Positions 29,925 to 38,773 of a stretch of DNA of 64,000 bases are shown here, piece after piece. This stretch comes from Candidatus Omnitrophota bacterium (GTDB lineage Bacteria > Omnitrophota > Gorgyraeia > Zapsychrales > JANLHA01). The notes under the pieces were generated by a model. That model did no database searches and had not been told where the DNA came from. It was given only the letters and a program-made list of their open reading frames with translations. The first letter of the stretch is position 1, and the number at the start of each line of letters is the position of its first letter. Where the stretch lies: the NCBI GenBank assembly GCA_029560465.1, contig JAKQKX010000065.1, forward strand, positions 5,148-69,147. Reading direction: 5' to 3'. A program made the position numbers and the translations under genes.

Positions 29925-31352
29925 CTAGAAACTGTACGGGAAACGGACTTCAAATGTCATGTCAGGCGCATCGCTTGTAAGCCCCAGGCTCACGGCAAAA
30001 TCCATGGAAGCCCGCTCGCTGAGCGCCCAATTGAAGCCGGTTTTGAAGTTAGCCGCGTTCTGAAAAGAACCCGGCACATCACGCCCGTCTCTATTCATCT
30101 TGCCGGTGACGGTGTGGTCAAAGGAAAAATTAATCGCCGTCTGATAACTCAAAGCGATAGCGGTGCCTAAACTGTAGCCGATGGAATCCCCGGGGTCAAC
30201 CTCCCCAAAATTCTCGATATCACCGCGAGGGATATTGTATGTGTAATTGATGCTCCCGAAAACAACGGCCGGATCGCTGGCCTTGGCTCCGACCAGAGCG
30301 CCGCTAACGGCCCAGTGTCCGGTTCCCATAGCGATATCCGTATTATACGGCTCATCCCCCGTGTTGGATTTAACGGACAGGCTCGCCACAAGATCAGGCA
30401 TTATCCCATGCTCCCAGCCGATCTGACGGCTGATCGAAACCTGAATGTCACCCAACCCGCCTTTCGAATCCGTCTGGTCATAAGTTGTGCTGTCGGTATT
30501 GGTGACGCGGTCATATTCAAACCGGCCCGGGACACGAACTTCAGTCTGAAGGTTATGTAAAAGGCCGTATTTAAACGCCCAGGTATGAATAAACACGTCC
30601 CGTTTTACTTTTTCCGTGTTGATGTCCCCAATGACTAAAATAGGAAGTATGCTGAACCCGTTAATATTAATCCGGTTCGAAGAAAAATGGGCGTAGGTCA
30701 AACTCGGTTCAAACTGCAGTTTCCCTTTCGGAAGCAGGATACTGCCTTTCTGAACGAGCGTCCGTTCAATCGAATCGACCCGCTCTAGAGTCCCTCCCTC
30801 CGGCTCGGGGGCTTGGGATGGGGCCGCTTGTTTTTTAGGGGTTTTTTCGGCATGGGATGCCGAAGCCAAAAGCATAACGTCTTGAGAAGGGGCTCTCATC
30901 ATCCCGACGCCGGGCACTTGGACATCCAATTCGATTCCTTGCCCGGCAATAAAACGGTCTAGTTCCTTATCGGTTAAACCAACATTATATTGCTCAACCG
31001 TTTCCCGGACTGTCCGGCGGACCGCCTCACGGATTGATTCTTCGCCTGGCAGGATGGCTTCCACCTGCCGCGGTAGGCCTTGCGGGTTAACGCCCCCATC
31101 AGCCTCCCCCCCTGCCTTCCGGGCCAGATACGAGTCCACTTCTCTACGGATCTCTTCCGCGATAAAAGGTTCCATCTGGGCCAGCACTTCCGCACGGATA
31201 TCCTTCCTGATCTCCTGACGGATTTGCGCGGCAAGGCCGTCCATGTCCCTGGTGGCCTTGGAATAACGGGAACGCAAAGCCCCAAGGGCCAAGAGAAGGG
31301 ATATGGTTATAACTCCCATGATATAAGGGAAGGTTTTTTTAATCATAATCAT
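29925..31352 (-). CDS. Outer-membrane beta-barrel protein with N-terminal coiled coil (FapF-like secretion pore candidate)
   Basis: 475 aa. An N-terminal signal/anchor is followed by a heptad-like helical segment (AAQIRQEIRKDIRAEVLAQMEPFIAEEIRREVDSYLARK). A C-terminal domain of about 270 aa has alternating amphipathic strands and ends in an aromatic residue (FEVRFPYSF), as outer-membrane beta-barrels do. Confidence 0.5.
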   Translation of the reverse strand: MIMIKKTFPYIMGVITISLLLALGALRSRYSKATRDMDGLAAQIRQEIRKDIRAEVLAQMEPFIAEEIRREVDSYLARKAGGEADGGVNPQGLPRQVEAILPGEESIREAVRRTVRETVEQYNVGLTDKELDRFIAGQGIELDVQVPGVGMMRAPSQDVMLLASASHAEKTPKKQAAPSQAPEPEGGTLERVDSIERTLVQKGSILLPKGKLQFEPSLTYAHFSSNRININGFSILPILVIGDINTEKVKRDVFIHTWAFKYGLLHNLQTEVRVPGRFEYDRVTNTDSTTYDQTDSKGGLGDIQVSISRQIGWEHGIMPDLVASLSVKSNTGDEPYNTDIAMGTGHWAVSGALVGAKASDPAVVFGSINYTYNIPRGDIENFGEVDPGDSIGYSLGTAIALSYQTAINFSFDHTVTGKMNRDGRDVPGSFQNAANFKTGFNWALSERASMDFAVSLGLTSDAPDMTFEVRFPYSF

Positions 31353-31355
31353 GTA

Positions 31356-32039
31356 TTACCATTCATTAGTGAACACCGTTGTCCTGAGCTGAAGCGGGTT
31401 AACAAAACGTTTCAAGGACCGGTAGTCCGCCATGCGGATATCTTCATGTTCAATCTGCAAAGCATAATCATTTTTTATTTCGTGGTCCGGGTGTTCCACC
31501 ACGAAACCGATACCATTCGTCCACATCGATATAAATTTTTCATCTTTAATTGTCATATTCCCGACCGCCGGGTCAGCGATGAATACCCTGTCACCGAAAA
31601 CACCCTTAACGACAACAAAATGCCGGTAATTTTTAAACTTGATAGGCACCAGAACCGGTTTCCCAATGGACTTTAAATACTCAAAATCCATGCGGTATCC
31701 TGTCACTTTATAGCCACGGGACTGAGCGAACTTCTTCAAATCAAATAATGAAAATCCCTGCCGTGCCATCACCTTTTCTAAAGGAATCGTGTTCAGGAGG
31801 GAATTAATGATTTCGATTTCAGGGATCGGGTCATTCAAGTAATAATTAAACAAAGTGGCTAACCCGGCCGCGCCGCAGCTGTAGTCCCAGCCTTGTGTCA
31901 CGACATTCTCCTGCCGGATCTCTTTCAAACTCCTGACTTTCTTGTTAAAACCCATCCCCCCAACCGAGAAGCTGGCCGCATTCGCAGGAAGCGCGAGGGC
32001 GCATAAAAGGCAGACAGTGATAAAAAAGTTTTTAAACAT
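31356..32039 (-). CDS. Periplasmic C39-family cysteine peptidase (FapD-like), stand-alone with Sec signal peptide
   Basis: 227 aa with signal peptide MFKNFFITVCLLCALALPANA. The C39 catalytic Cys context is QGWDYSCGAAGLATLFNYY and the His/Asp context is NYRHFVVVKGVFGDRVFIADP. There is no ABC transporter fusion. Confidence 0.7.
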   Translation of the reverse strand: MFKNFFITVCLLCALALPANAASFSVGGMGFNKKVRSLKEIRQENVVTQGWDYSCGAAGLATLFNYYLNDPIPEIEIINSLLNTIPLEKVMARQGFSLFDLKKFAQSRGYKVTGYRMDFEYLKSIGKPVLVPIKFKNYRHFVVVKGVFGDRVFIADPAVGNMTIKDEKFISMWTNGIGFVVEHPDHEIKNDYALQIEHEDIRMADYRSLKRFVNPLQLRTTVFTNEW

Positions 32040-32094
32040 TGTTATATTGTAAACGAATTAACGGCGGGACGCAACTGATTAATATGAAAGAGGT

Positions 32095-32553
32095 TTATGG
32101 CGCGATAATAAGATTATTGTTACTCATCACATTGCCGGCGATCGTTGAATTGATGATAACATTCAAATTGAGGCCGACTAAGACATTGCTGCCTGCCGCA
32201 TTGACATTGATGAGGCTATTGGCGAATTGCTGGGCATAATCCTGCAAATTAATGTAATTGATATCACCGGAACCCGTACTGAATATAGGACTCGATCCCC
32301 TATCCCCGCTAAAAAACAGCGTCGCATCCCCATTCGCCTCCAAAGTGAAATTCAGTTCCGGCGGCATAAATATTTTATCAAAATTTCCAAAAAAATCATT
32401 GAATCCGCTGAAATTAAACCCCTGCGCATAAATCTGATCTAATTCTTCATCAGACAAGAGGACTGCGGTTCCTGAGGCCACGGCCATGGAAACGGCGGTA
32501 TTCAAACACAAGAAAACAGCCGTTATAATCATAATCACACACTTTCGAACCAT
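32095..32553 (-). CDS. Small secreted N/G-rich repeat protein (FapB-like nucleator candidate)
   Basis: 152 aa with a signal peptide, then LSDEELDQIYAQG directly after the predicted cleavage site. The C-terminus has amyloid-like N-rich beta-repeats (NVNAAGSNVLVGLNLNVIINSTIAGNVMSNNN). Confidence 0.5.
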   Translation of the reverse strand: MVRKCVIMIITAVFLCLNTAVSMAVASGTAVLLSDEELDQIYAQGFNFSGFNDFFGNFDKIFMPPELNFTLEANGDATLFFSGDRGSSPIFSTGSGDINYINLQDYAQQFANSLINVNAAGSNVLVGLNLNVIINSTIAGNVMSNNNLIIAP

Positions 32554-32643
32554 CCCTGGGGCCTCTTTCTTTTAATAGTACTTTATTAAGAATTTTTAGG
32601 GGGGAGGATCGCCTCCCCCCTAAAAAATCCGATTTAACTCTTA

Positions 32644-35112
32644 TTAAAGACCATTCGTCACGTTTGCGATGTTGGACTGATTGATCGTACCGTTCAAACT
32701 GCCTGTTGCGCTCATGATATTCGTTTGAACCGCTACGCCCGACCCAACCGCATTCACAGTACTCAACGCAGTGATTCCGGCTTGTGAAGAACCGGATAAT
32801 ATCAACACGTTTTTCTCGCTCTTGTTTTGACGATTTGTGTTGTTGACTTCAGCTATGTTTGTGATGGTCTGACTTGCGTCATTCGTTGTAGCTTCAATGT
32901 CGTTCGTTTCAACTGAATTCTCGGTCTTCTCATACTGATCTTTGAATTCATCATTGTTACGAGCTTGTGCACCTTCAGAAGCCTGCTCTTCGTCATGGTT
33001 AAACGTCGTTGATAAGGCTCCTTCAGCTTCGAAGTTGCTCGTTGTTGACGCACTGCTCTCATCAGAATGATCAGTCGTGTCAATCGAGTCGGTCGAAGCA
33101 GCAACATCACGGGATGCTGATGTGGATAAAGCGTCAGAATCCGTGTACCCGATCGTCAAACTGTTAGAGGACTCCGAAGAATCCGCCTCAGAGGCTGAAG
33201 CAGAAGCCGCATCGTCATACGCTACGTTTAATGAACCGGAAGCGGTTGTTTCAGAAGAAGAAGCGGCTGACGCGGAGTCATTGTAAGTAGCATCCACGGA
33301 ATTAGAAGCCGTTGTTTCCGAAGAAGCGGCGGCTGACGCGGAATCATCATATGCCGCGTTTAAAGAACCGGAAGCTGTCGTGTCAGAAGAAGAAGCGGCT
33401 GACGCAGAATCATTGTAAGTGGCATCCACGGAATTAGAAGCCGTTGTTTCCGAAGAAGCGGCGGCTGACGCGGAATCACTATAGGTTGCGTCTAATGAAC
33501 CGGAAGCAGTGGTGTTTTCAGAAGCGGCCACAGATTGCTGAGCTTCACCAGAAGCTGCCGCATTGGCAGAATCAGATGCAGAGTCATTATAAGTCGCATT
33601 CAGATTTCCACCTTGAGTACTATTGGACTCTGCAGAGCTTGAGCTGGCAGCAGAATCATTGTAAGTCGCAGAAAGCGCGCCAGAGGCATCCGTGCCTTCA
33701 GAACTCGCTGCTGACGTTGATGCTGTGTTATCTTTGCTGTCATACGTATCACCGCGAGAAGCAACACCTTCAACCGTAGTGGTTGATGTTGCGCAATCTG
33801 CGCAAGTGTCTGTGGTCTGGGTATACGTCCCATCAAGCGCCTGGGCGCTTGTGGATGTTTCTCCATCCGTAGCCGATGAACTGCTTGAAGATTCCGACGC
33901 CGCATTATCAGAATATTGGGCATTGGCATCTAAAGTAGCGGATGTCGCGTCTTGAGCCGCAGCCTGCTCAGAGGCGCTGTCTGACGCGGAATAATCAGCT
34001 TCCAAGGAAGAGGCTGTCGCGCTGTCAGACTGTGAACTGCTTTCATACTGGGCGGCTTGGCTGGCGCTTGCTTCATAAGCGGCACTGTCAGAATAATCAG
34101 CCTCTGCACTTAACGTCGCATCAGTTGCTTCTTGCGATTGCGAAGCAGAACTATCAGAGGAAGCGGAATCCGCTGCAAATGTCGCGGAGGTCGCTTCTTC
34201 TGACTGGGCGGCTTCACTGTCAGAATAATTAACAGCTACGTCTAAGGACGCGCTGGTTGCTTCTTGTGATTGCGAAGCAGAACTATCAGAGGAAGCGGAA
34301 TCCGCTGCAAATGTCGCGGAGGTCGCTTCTTCTGACTGGGCGGCCGCACTGTCAGAATACTGAGCTTCAGCATCTAATGACGCAGACGTCGACTCGGCTG
34401 ATTCAGATTCAGACGTGTGAGCGGCTGACTGCTGAGCCTGCTGGTCATAATCAAACGTCGTGTCATTCGATGCGCTGAACTGCGCGTCGGCGCTGTCTGT
34501 TGCCGCGGCGTGATCTTCGCTCAAAGTTGAATCAGTGACTTTAGACGCTGTATCAGAAGTAGCAGAGGTCGATCCGGAAGCGGATGCGTCTAAGGTAGCC
34601 GATGTAGATTCGGAAGAGCTGCTCGCTGCCGAAGACTGCTCATTGTCATAAATTTGAGTATTGTCTTCTTTTTCCCACAGGTCAGAAGTTTTCACCGTGG
34701 TCTCTTTTGACCAAGCATTGACCTGATCCTGTTCCACGATATTCGTGGCCTTGGTGGACACGGAATAATCTTCGGAAGGATTCATGTTGACGACATTCGC
34801 GGCGTTGCTCTGGCTCGCCTCTACGTCAGCCTGATCTTCGGAGTTGCCGACGTTGGTCTGCACGGCAACCGCACTGTCAACGGTGTTGACAACACTCAAT
34901 CCCGTTAAATTTTCCTGTGCTCCACTTTCAGATTTGAGTTTATTTTCGCTGAAATAAACATCTTCCACCACATCACCTTCAGCAATCACAATCCATTCAC
35001 CAGCCGCGATTTCGTCCATCTCGGAATCGGAAAGCGCGATGCCTTCCGCATAACCGGCCACCGGATAAGCGGCGAACGCCACGGCTAGAATCCAAATAAG
35101 TAATTTTTTCAT
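32644..35112 (-). CDS. Large secreted repeat protein (FapC-like fibre subunit candidate) with giant low-complexity Ser/Thr/Ala/Asp linker
   Basis: 822 aa with a signal peptide, then LSDSEMDEIAAGE. An N-terminal N-rich repeat (LTGLSVVNTVDSAVAVQTNVGNSED) and a C-terminal repeat (ITALSTVNAVGSGVAVQTNIMSATGSLNGTINQSNIANVTNGL) match the motif of the 152 aa neighbour. The central region of about 600 aa is acidic Ser/Thr/Ala-rich tandem repeats. Confidence 0.6.
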   Translation of the reverse strand: MKKLLIWILAVAFAAYPVAGYAEGIALSDSEMDEIAAGEWIVIAEGDVVEDVYFSENKLKSESGAQENLTGLSVVNTVDSAVAVQTNVGNSEDQADVEASQSNAANVVNMNPSEDYSVSTKATNIVEQDQVNAWSKETTVKTSDLWEKEDNTQIYDNEQSSAASSSSESTSATLDASASGSTSATSDTASKVTDSTLSEDHAAATDSADAQFSASNDTTFDYDQQAQQSAAHTSESESAESTSASLDAEAQYSDSAAAQSEEATSATFAADSASSDSSASQSQEATSASLDVAVNYSDSEAAQSEEATSATFAADSASSDSSASQSQEATDATLSAEADYSDSAAYEASASQAAQYESSSQSDSATASSLEADYSASDSASEQAAAQDATSATLDANAQYSDNAASESSSSSSATDGETSTSAQALDGTYTQTTDTCADCATSTTTVEGVASRGDTYDSKDNTASTSAASSEGTDASGALSATYNDSAASSSSAESNSTQGGNLNATYNDSASDSANAAASGEAQQSVAASENTTASGSLDATYSDSASAAASSETTASNSVDATYNDSASAASSSDTTASGSLNAAYDDSASAAASSETTASNSVDATYNDSASAASSSETTASGSLNVAYDDAASASASEADSSESSNSLTIGYTDSDALSTSASRDVAASTDSIDTTDHSDESSASTTSNFEAEGALSTTFNHDEEQASEGAQARNNDEFKDQYEKTENSVETNDIEATTNDASQTITNIAEVNNTNRQNKSEKNVLILSGSSQAGITALSTVNAVGSGVAVQTNIMSATGSLNGTINQSNIANVTNGL
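33180..33560. repeat. Near-perfect tandem repeats of about 120 bp (two 60 bp subunits) inside the 822 aa gene
   Basis: The string cattgtaagtRgcatccacggaattagaagccgttgtttccgaagaagcggcggctgacgcggaatca recurs at about 33283 and 33403. It encodes (DATYNDSASAASSSETTASGSL)n. Confidence 0.7.
34136..34399. repeat. Two near-identical 132 bp (44 codon) tandem repeats inside the 822 aa gene, with diverged flanking copies
   Basis: gattgcgaagcagaactatcagaggaagcggaatccgctgcaaatgtcgcggaggtcgcttcttctgactgggcggc occurs at 34136 and again at 34268. The period of 132 is a multiple of 3. Confidence 0.75.
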
Positions 35113-35503
35113 TCTTATCCTCTCTTTAACTCGGCAAGGGCGAGAATGCCGACTGCGCTTCTCATTAACCCTTTGTTCCCAAACTTAATTCATCCTTATA
35201 AAAATTAACCCAAAACCGCCACTGCTATCAATAATCCGCACTCACCTCCTTTCAACTCTTTAACAATAAAAAACCCGGCAACTCGCCAAACCTGCTGGCC
35301 TGTTTCCGGGTATGACATTATATGACGTTATGTATTTCATAAGCAAAATTGACAGCGTACTTGAAGTAGGACCTATTTTAGCAATAAACGTGTCTTGCGC
35401 AATGGTCGCATTTGTTCATTTATTGGAAATTTTTGTCTTGATCACACCGATATATGAAGGGTAAGGCAACAGTATTTTTATAGCATTCTAAAAATGCTAA
35501 ACA

Positions 35504-36367
35504 TCAAGCGCGGGCCTCCATCTGGGCAAATCCTTGGCGGACTTTAGGTAAGGTTAAACGGCGGGACGTCTGATAAACACGGTAAAAACCCGGAGTCTTC
35601 CCATACGCCTTCTTAAACACCTTGCAAAAATAGCCCGGGTCTTCATACCCGCAGGTATAAGCGATCTCCGAAACTGACAAACTCTTATTCTGCAAAAGAC
35701 GGGAAGCGACTTGCAATCGGGTGTTATTAAGATACTGGGTAAAATTGGTTTTTAACACTTTCTTAATTAACCGGCTGAGATAATGATAGCTTAATCCGGT
35801 TTCTTCACAAAGATGCCGCAGGGAAAGATCCGGCTGGTGGTAATTTGTGCTTATATAACGGGCCACCTTCTCGACAACTTTCTGTTGATAACTCATTGTA
35901 TTATCTTTAAGATTCGAGAACAAGGTCAACTCTTCCCTGATATCCGACAAAAAATTTTCCAAAAGATTAACGATCGCTTTAATCTGTTGATGGCTGAGGC
36001 GGAAATGCGGGGTTTCCAAGACAAGCAAATAACCCACAATATCCTGACGGATTTCAATAGGGAGCAAAATCTTGGCAAACCCGGCCCGGCACTTGTCAAC
36101 CTGGATTTTCCCGGAACTGGTTGCTTTCTCTATAATAGAGGAAATCAGGGAATCACACACCTCAGTCCGGGACTGACAATCCGCGTGGAAATCCTGAATG
36201 TTCTCATGTTGAGGATTATGCAAAGCGGGAGAATAATTGCATTTAAAAATCCGGCCATCCAATGACCGGATTTCCAAGGTGGCGCCACAAAGGATACAGA
36301 TCACTTCTTGGATATGTTTGAACGCATGAGCTTCTTCAAAATACTCTAAGAGAGTATTAAAGTTCAT
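35504..36367 (-). CDS. AraC-family transcriptional regulator with N-terminal Cys-containing sensory domain
   Basis: 287 aa with a C-terminal AraC HTH (LSRLIKKVLKTNFTQYLNNTRLQVASRLL...YEDPGYFCKVFKKAYGKTPGFY). The N-terminus carries conserved Cys/His (ICILCGATLEIR...FKCNY). Confidence 0.85.
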   Translation of the reverse strand: MNFNTLLEYFEEAHAFKHIQEVICILCGATLEIRSLDGRIFKCNYSPALHNPQHENIQDFHADCQSRTEVCDSLISSIIEKATSSGKIQVDKCRAGFAKILLPIEIRQDIVGYLLVLETPHFRLSHQQIKAIVNLLENFLSDIREELTLFSNLKDNTMSYQQKVVEKVARYISTNYHQPDLSLRHLCEETGLSYHYLSRLIKKVLKTNFTQYLNNTRLQVASRLLQNKSLSVSEIAYTCGYEDPGYFCKVFKKAYGKTPGFYRVYQTSRRLTLPKVRQGFAQMEARA

Positions 36368-36521
36368 CGAGTCCTCCTTCGTTAGCTATATTAAGGAACA
36401 TGAAATTCCATATCTTTTTAATTTAATTATGACAAATTGTCAACATGACACAACAGGACAATCCCAGACATGGACACACGTGGAAACAGTATGACACAAG
36501 ATTAAAAGTAAATATTAGATG

Positions 36522-37415
36522 TTAATACTGGACATAAACTTTAACTTCTTTAAGGTGGGTTTCGGACTTTTGGGAGGAGCCCGACGATGCCAGGGATTTC
36601 TTATTAAGGCCGTCCTGGGCGTTCTGGAAATTCTGGCGGAGACAGGCCAGGGGCTGTTCGTACCCGAGGATAAACAACCCGTTCACAAGCTCCAGGTATT
36701 GAATAAAATATTGAATCGCGAAGAGGTAATTCCATTCCACGCCAACCGCCGAAGGCCCGGGCGCGAATGTTAAAGTTTTATGCCCCTGGATAATATACTC
36801 CTTGTCCCCAAGGATCGTCGGGTGAGAAAACCGCGAGCATTGCCGGAACATGGATTCGTACTCCTGGTGCAGTTCGCGGCTGACAATCCGCGCCATATCT
36901 TTGACCGTTCTCCCGGACCAGGTCACCAGGGCCCGGTCTGAAGTAACACGGTATTTCTTCTTAAAATCTTCAACATGCGAGAGGACCAGGGCTTTCTTTT
37001 CCAAAAATTCCTTCTGGCTTTTTTCCGGGGCGCGGCGCAGGGAGAGTTCTTCTTCAGCGATCGAACGCTTGAAAATGACCCACTTATATTCTACAAACCG
37101 CCTGGCTTTTTCATCCGCCTTATGGGGATCATAAATAATATACTGTACCGTAATCAGGTTTTCCAACAGGCTCCTGAGCAGGGCCGAAACATCCTGCCCA
37201 TACCCACGCTGGCATAAGACTTCAATCGCCGCGAAAGTTTTGACCGCCCGGGTCATGATAAAGAGAAAAATTCGCTTATGCGCCGGGAGGTCAAAAAGCT
37301 TAATATTTCTCCTGTTAATTTCCTGAAACAGCGTCCTCCCCAGGTCATGGGCCGCTTTTCCGGCCTGGGCCAGCTCAAGGCAAGAAATAAAGTTGTGATC
37401 CATATTCTTAGTCAT
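36522..37415 (-). CDS. Hypothetical helical protein, co-operonic with the SPL-family radical SAM gene
   Basis: 297 aa with no confident family assignment. Its start overlaps the stop of the upstream radical SAM gene (ATGA). Confidence 0.5.
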   Translation of the reverse strand: MTKNMDHNFISCLELAQAGKAAHDLGRTLFQEINRRNIKLFDLPAHKRIFLFIMTRAVKTFAAIEVLCQRGYGQDVSALLRSLLENLITVQYIIYDPHKADEKARRFVEYKWVIFKRSIAEEELSLRRAPEKSQKEFLEKKALVLSHVEDFKKKYRVTSDRALVTWSGRTVKDMARIVSRELHQEYESMFRQCSRFSHPTILGDKEYIIQGHKTLTFAPGPSAVGVEWNYLFAIQYFIQYLELVNGLFILGYEQPLACLRQNFQNAQDGLNKKSLASSGSSQKSETHLKEVKVYVQY

Positions 37416-38773
37416 TGTCTTCGAGAGAAAACCGCCCGGTCAAGTCGCCGTTCCAGCGGCAGGCCTTCCCAGGCCTCTGTCTGTTCCATGCACAAATAAA
37501 CCGGAACACCCTCATCCTCTTCCCGGATACTGTTCAACATGCTTTTATAAATCGTTCTCCTCACATTCAAGGGATACCGTAATTTCCCGTCATAACCAGG
37601 CACAAGTTCCCCGCCAAGGATGCGGGATGCCGGGAAACGGGATTCCATCACCTGTTTAAGCCGCGGCATCATCCGCAAGCATCCCAAGCTGATCCAGGCC
37701 ATCCTCTCCGGAGGCACAGCTTCAAATAAACGTCGGACCACCCCTCGGTACTCTTCTTCCCACCCCTCATCATACACGATCGGGTCGAAATGAAACGACA
37801 CACGCCAGCCCCGGCCAGCACATTTCTGAGCAGCCGCCAGGCGCTGCTCCAGCGATGCCGTCCCTTGTTCGTCACGGGCAACCACCCGTTCGGGATTCAG
37901 GGACCAACCGACACAGACATTCGGCGAAGAGTCCTCTTCCAATAATAAACTTATATTATCACTTTTAGTTTTAAATTCAAAGAACCAGTCCGGATGCCGC
38001 CGCATGAAATGGATGATGTGACGGGAATATTCTGTAAAATGATCCAACGCCAGGGAATCGCTAAATTGCCCGGTCCCGATCCGCCACGGGCCCCCGTGAG
38101 CTTCCAAGCTCCGGAAAAAATCATTAATATTCGAGGGAAAAACAATCCCCGGGGAGTTCAGATATCCTTGCATAAAGCAATATGTACAGTCAAAAGGACA
38201 CCCCTGGCCCAAATTCAGGACAGCGTAACCGCAAGAAACCGACCCTTTTGAGCAGGGACACGCTTGCCAGAATTGATGCTTTTCCCGGACGACAAAAAAC
38301 ACCTCTGCCCGTCGGTTGTACTCCGCGACGGAAAACGCCTGTTGGCGGCAATACTGCTTATACGAAACAACCAGCTCTATCGGGACGCCAGGAAGCATCC
38401 GCCGCAGGCGCTGGGCCAACGGATCAGCCAACAATGGTTCTTCCACCAATATCCTTTTCGGCTTAAAGTGACACGCCTTGGACTCCGCATCCGGTATCGG
38501 GCAGGGCTCCGGTATTTTCAAAAAACGCTGCAGTCCCCTTCTCTGAAACGCCGGCATATTCGGATACCGGCGTTTCGTCAAAAACGCTTTGACTTGCCGA
38601 AATGAGCAACTCTGCTGTACCCTTTCCGGTAAAACAGCCTGGACAGGGCAGCCGTCGCGCCTGACAATTTCAAACAGCAAACGTGAAATTTCCTGCTTTT
38701 TATTCACGCCAAAAGCCGGGAAGGTTTCATCCGTATAACGCTGAATCGAGACAGCTGAAGTCATCGCGTCCAT
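37412..38773 (-). CDS. Spore-photoproduct-lyase-family (SplB/COG1533-like) radical SAM protein with about 100 aa N-terminal extension
   Basis: 453 aa. The radical SAM cluster CPFDCTYC (C-x3-C-x2-C) sits at about residue 195 rather than about 90 as in SplB. Confidence 0.65.
   Translation of the reverse strand: MDAMTSAVSIQRYTDETFPAFGVNKKQEISRLLFEIVRRDGCPVQAVLPERVQQSCSFRQVKAFLTKRRYPNMPAFQRRGLQRFLKIPEPCPIPDAESKACHFKPKRILVEEPLLADPLAQRLRRMLPGVPIELVVSYKQYCRQQAFSVAEYNRRAEVFFVVREKHQFWQACPCSKGSVSCGYAVLNLGQGCPFDCTYCFMQGYLNSPGIVFPSNINDFFRSLEAHGGPWRIGTGQFSDSLALDHFTEYSRHIIHFMRRHPDWFFEFKTKSDNISLLLEEDSSPNVCVGWSLNPERVVARDEQGTASLEQRLAAAQKCAGRGWRVSFHFDPIVYDEGWEEEYRGVVRRLFEAVPPERMAWISLGCLRMMPRLKQVMESRFPASRILGGELVPGYDGKLRYPLNVRRTIYKSMLNSIREEDEGVPVYLCMEQTEAWEGLPLERRLDRAVFSRRQ

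Noticed and set aside
33100-34450. Regularly spaced direct repeats that could be mistaken for a CRISPR array
   Set aside because: The repeats are contiguous, with no unique spacers. They are in frame and lie inside an 822 aa coding sequence, so they are coding tandem repeats, not CRISPR.
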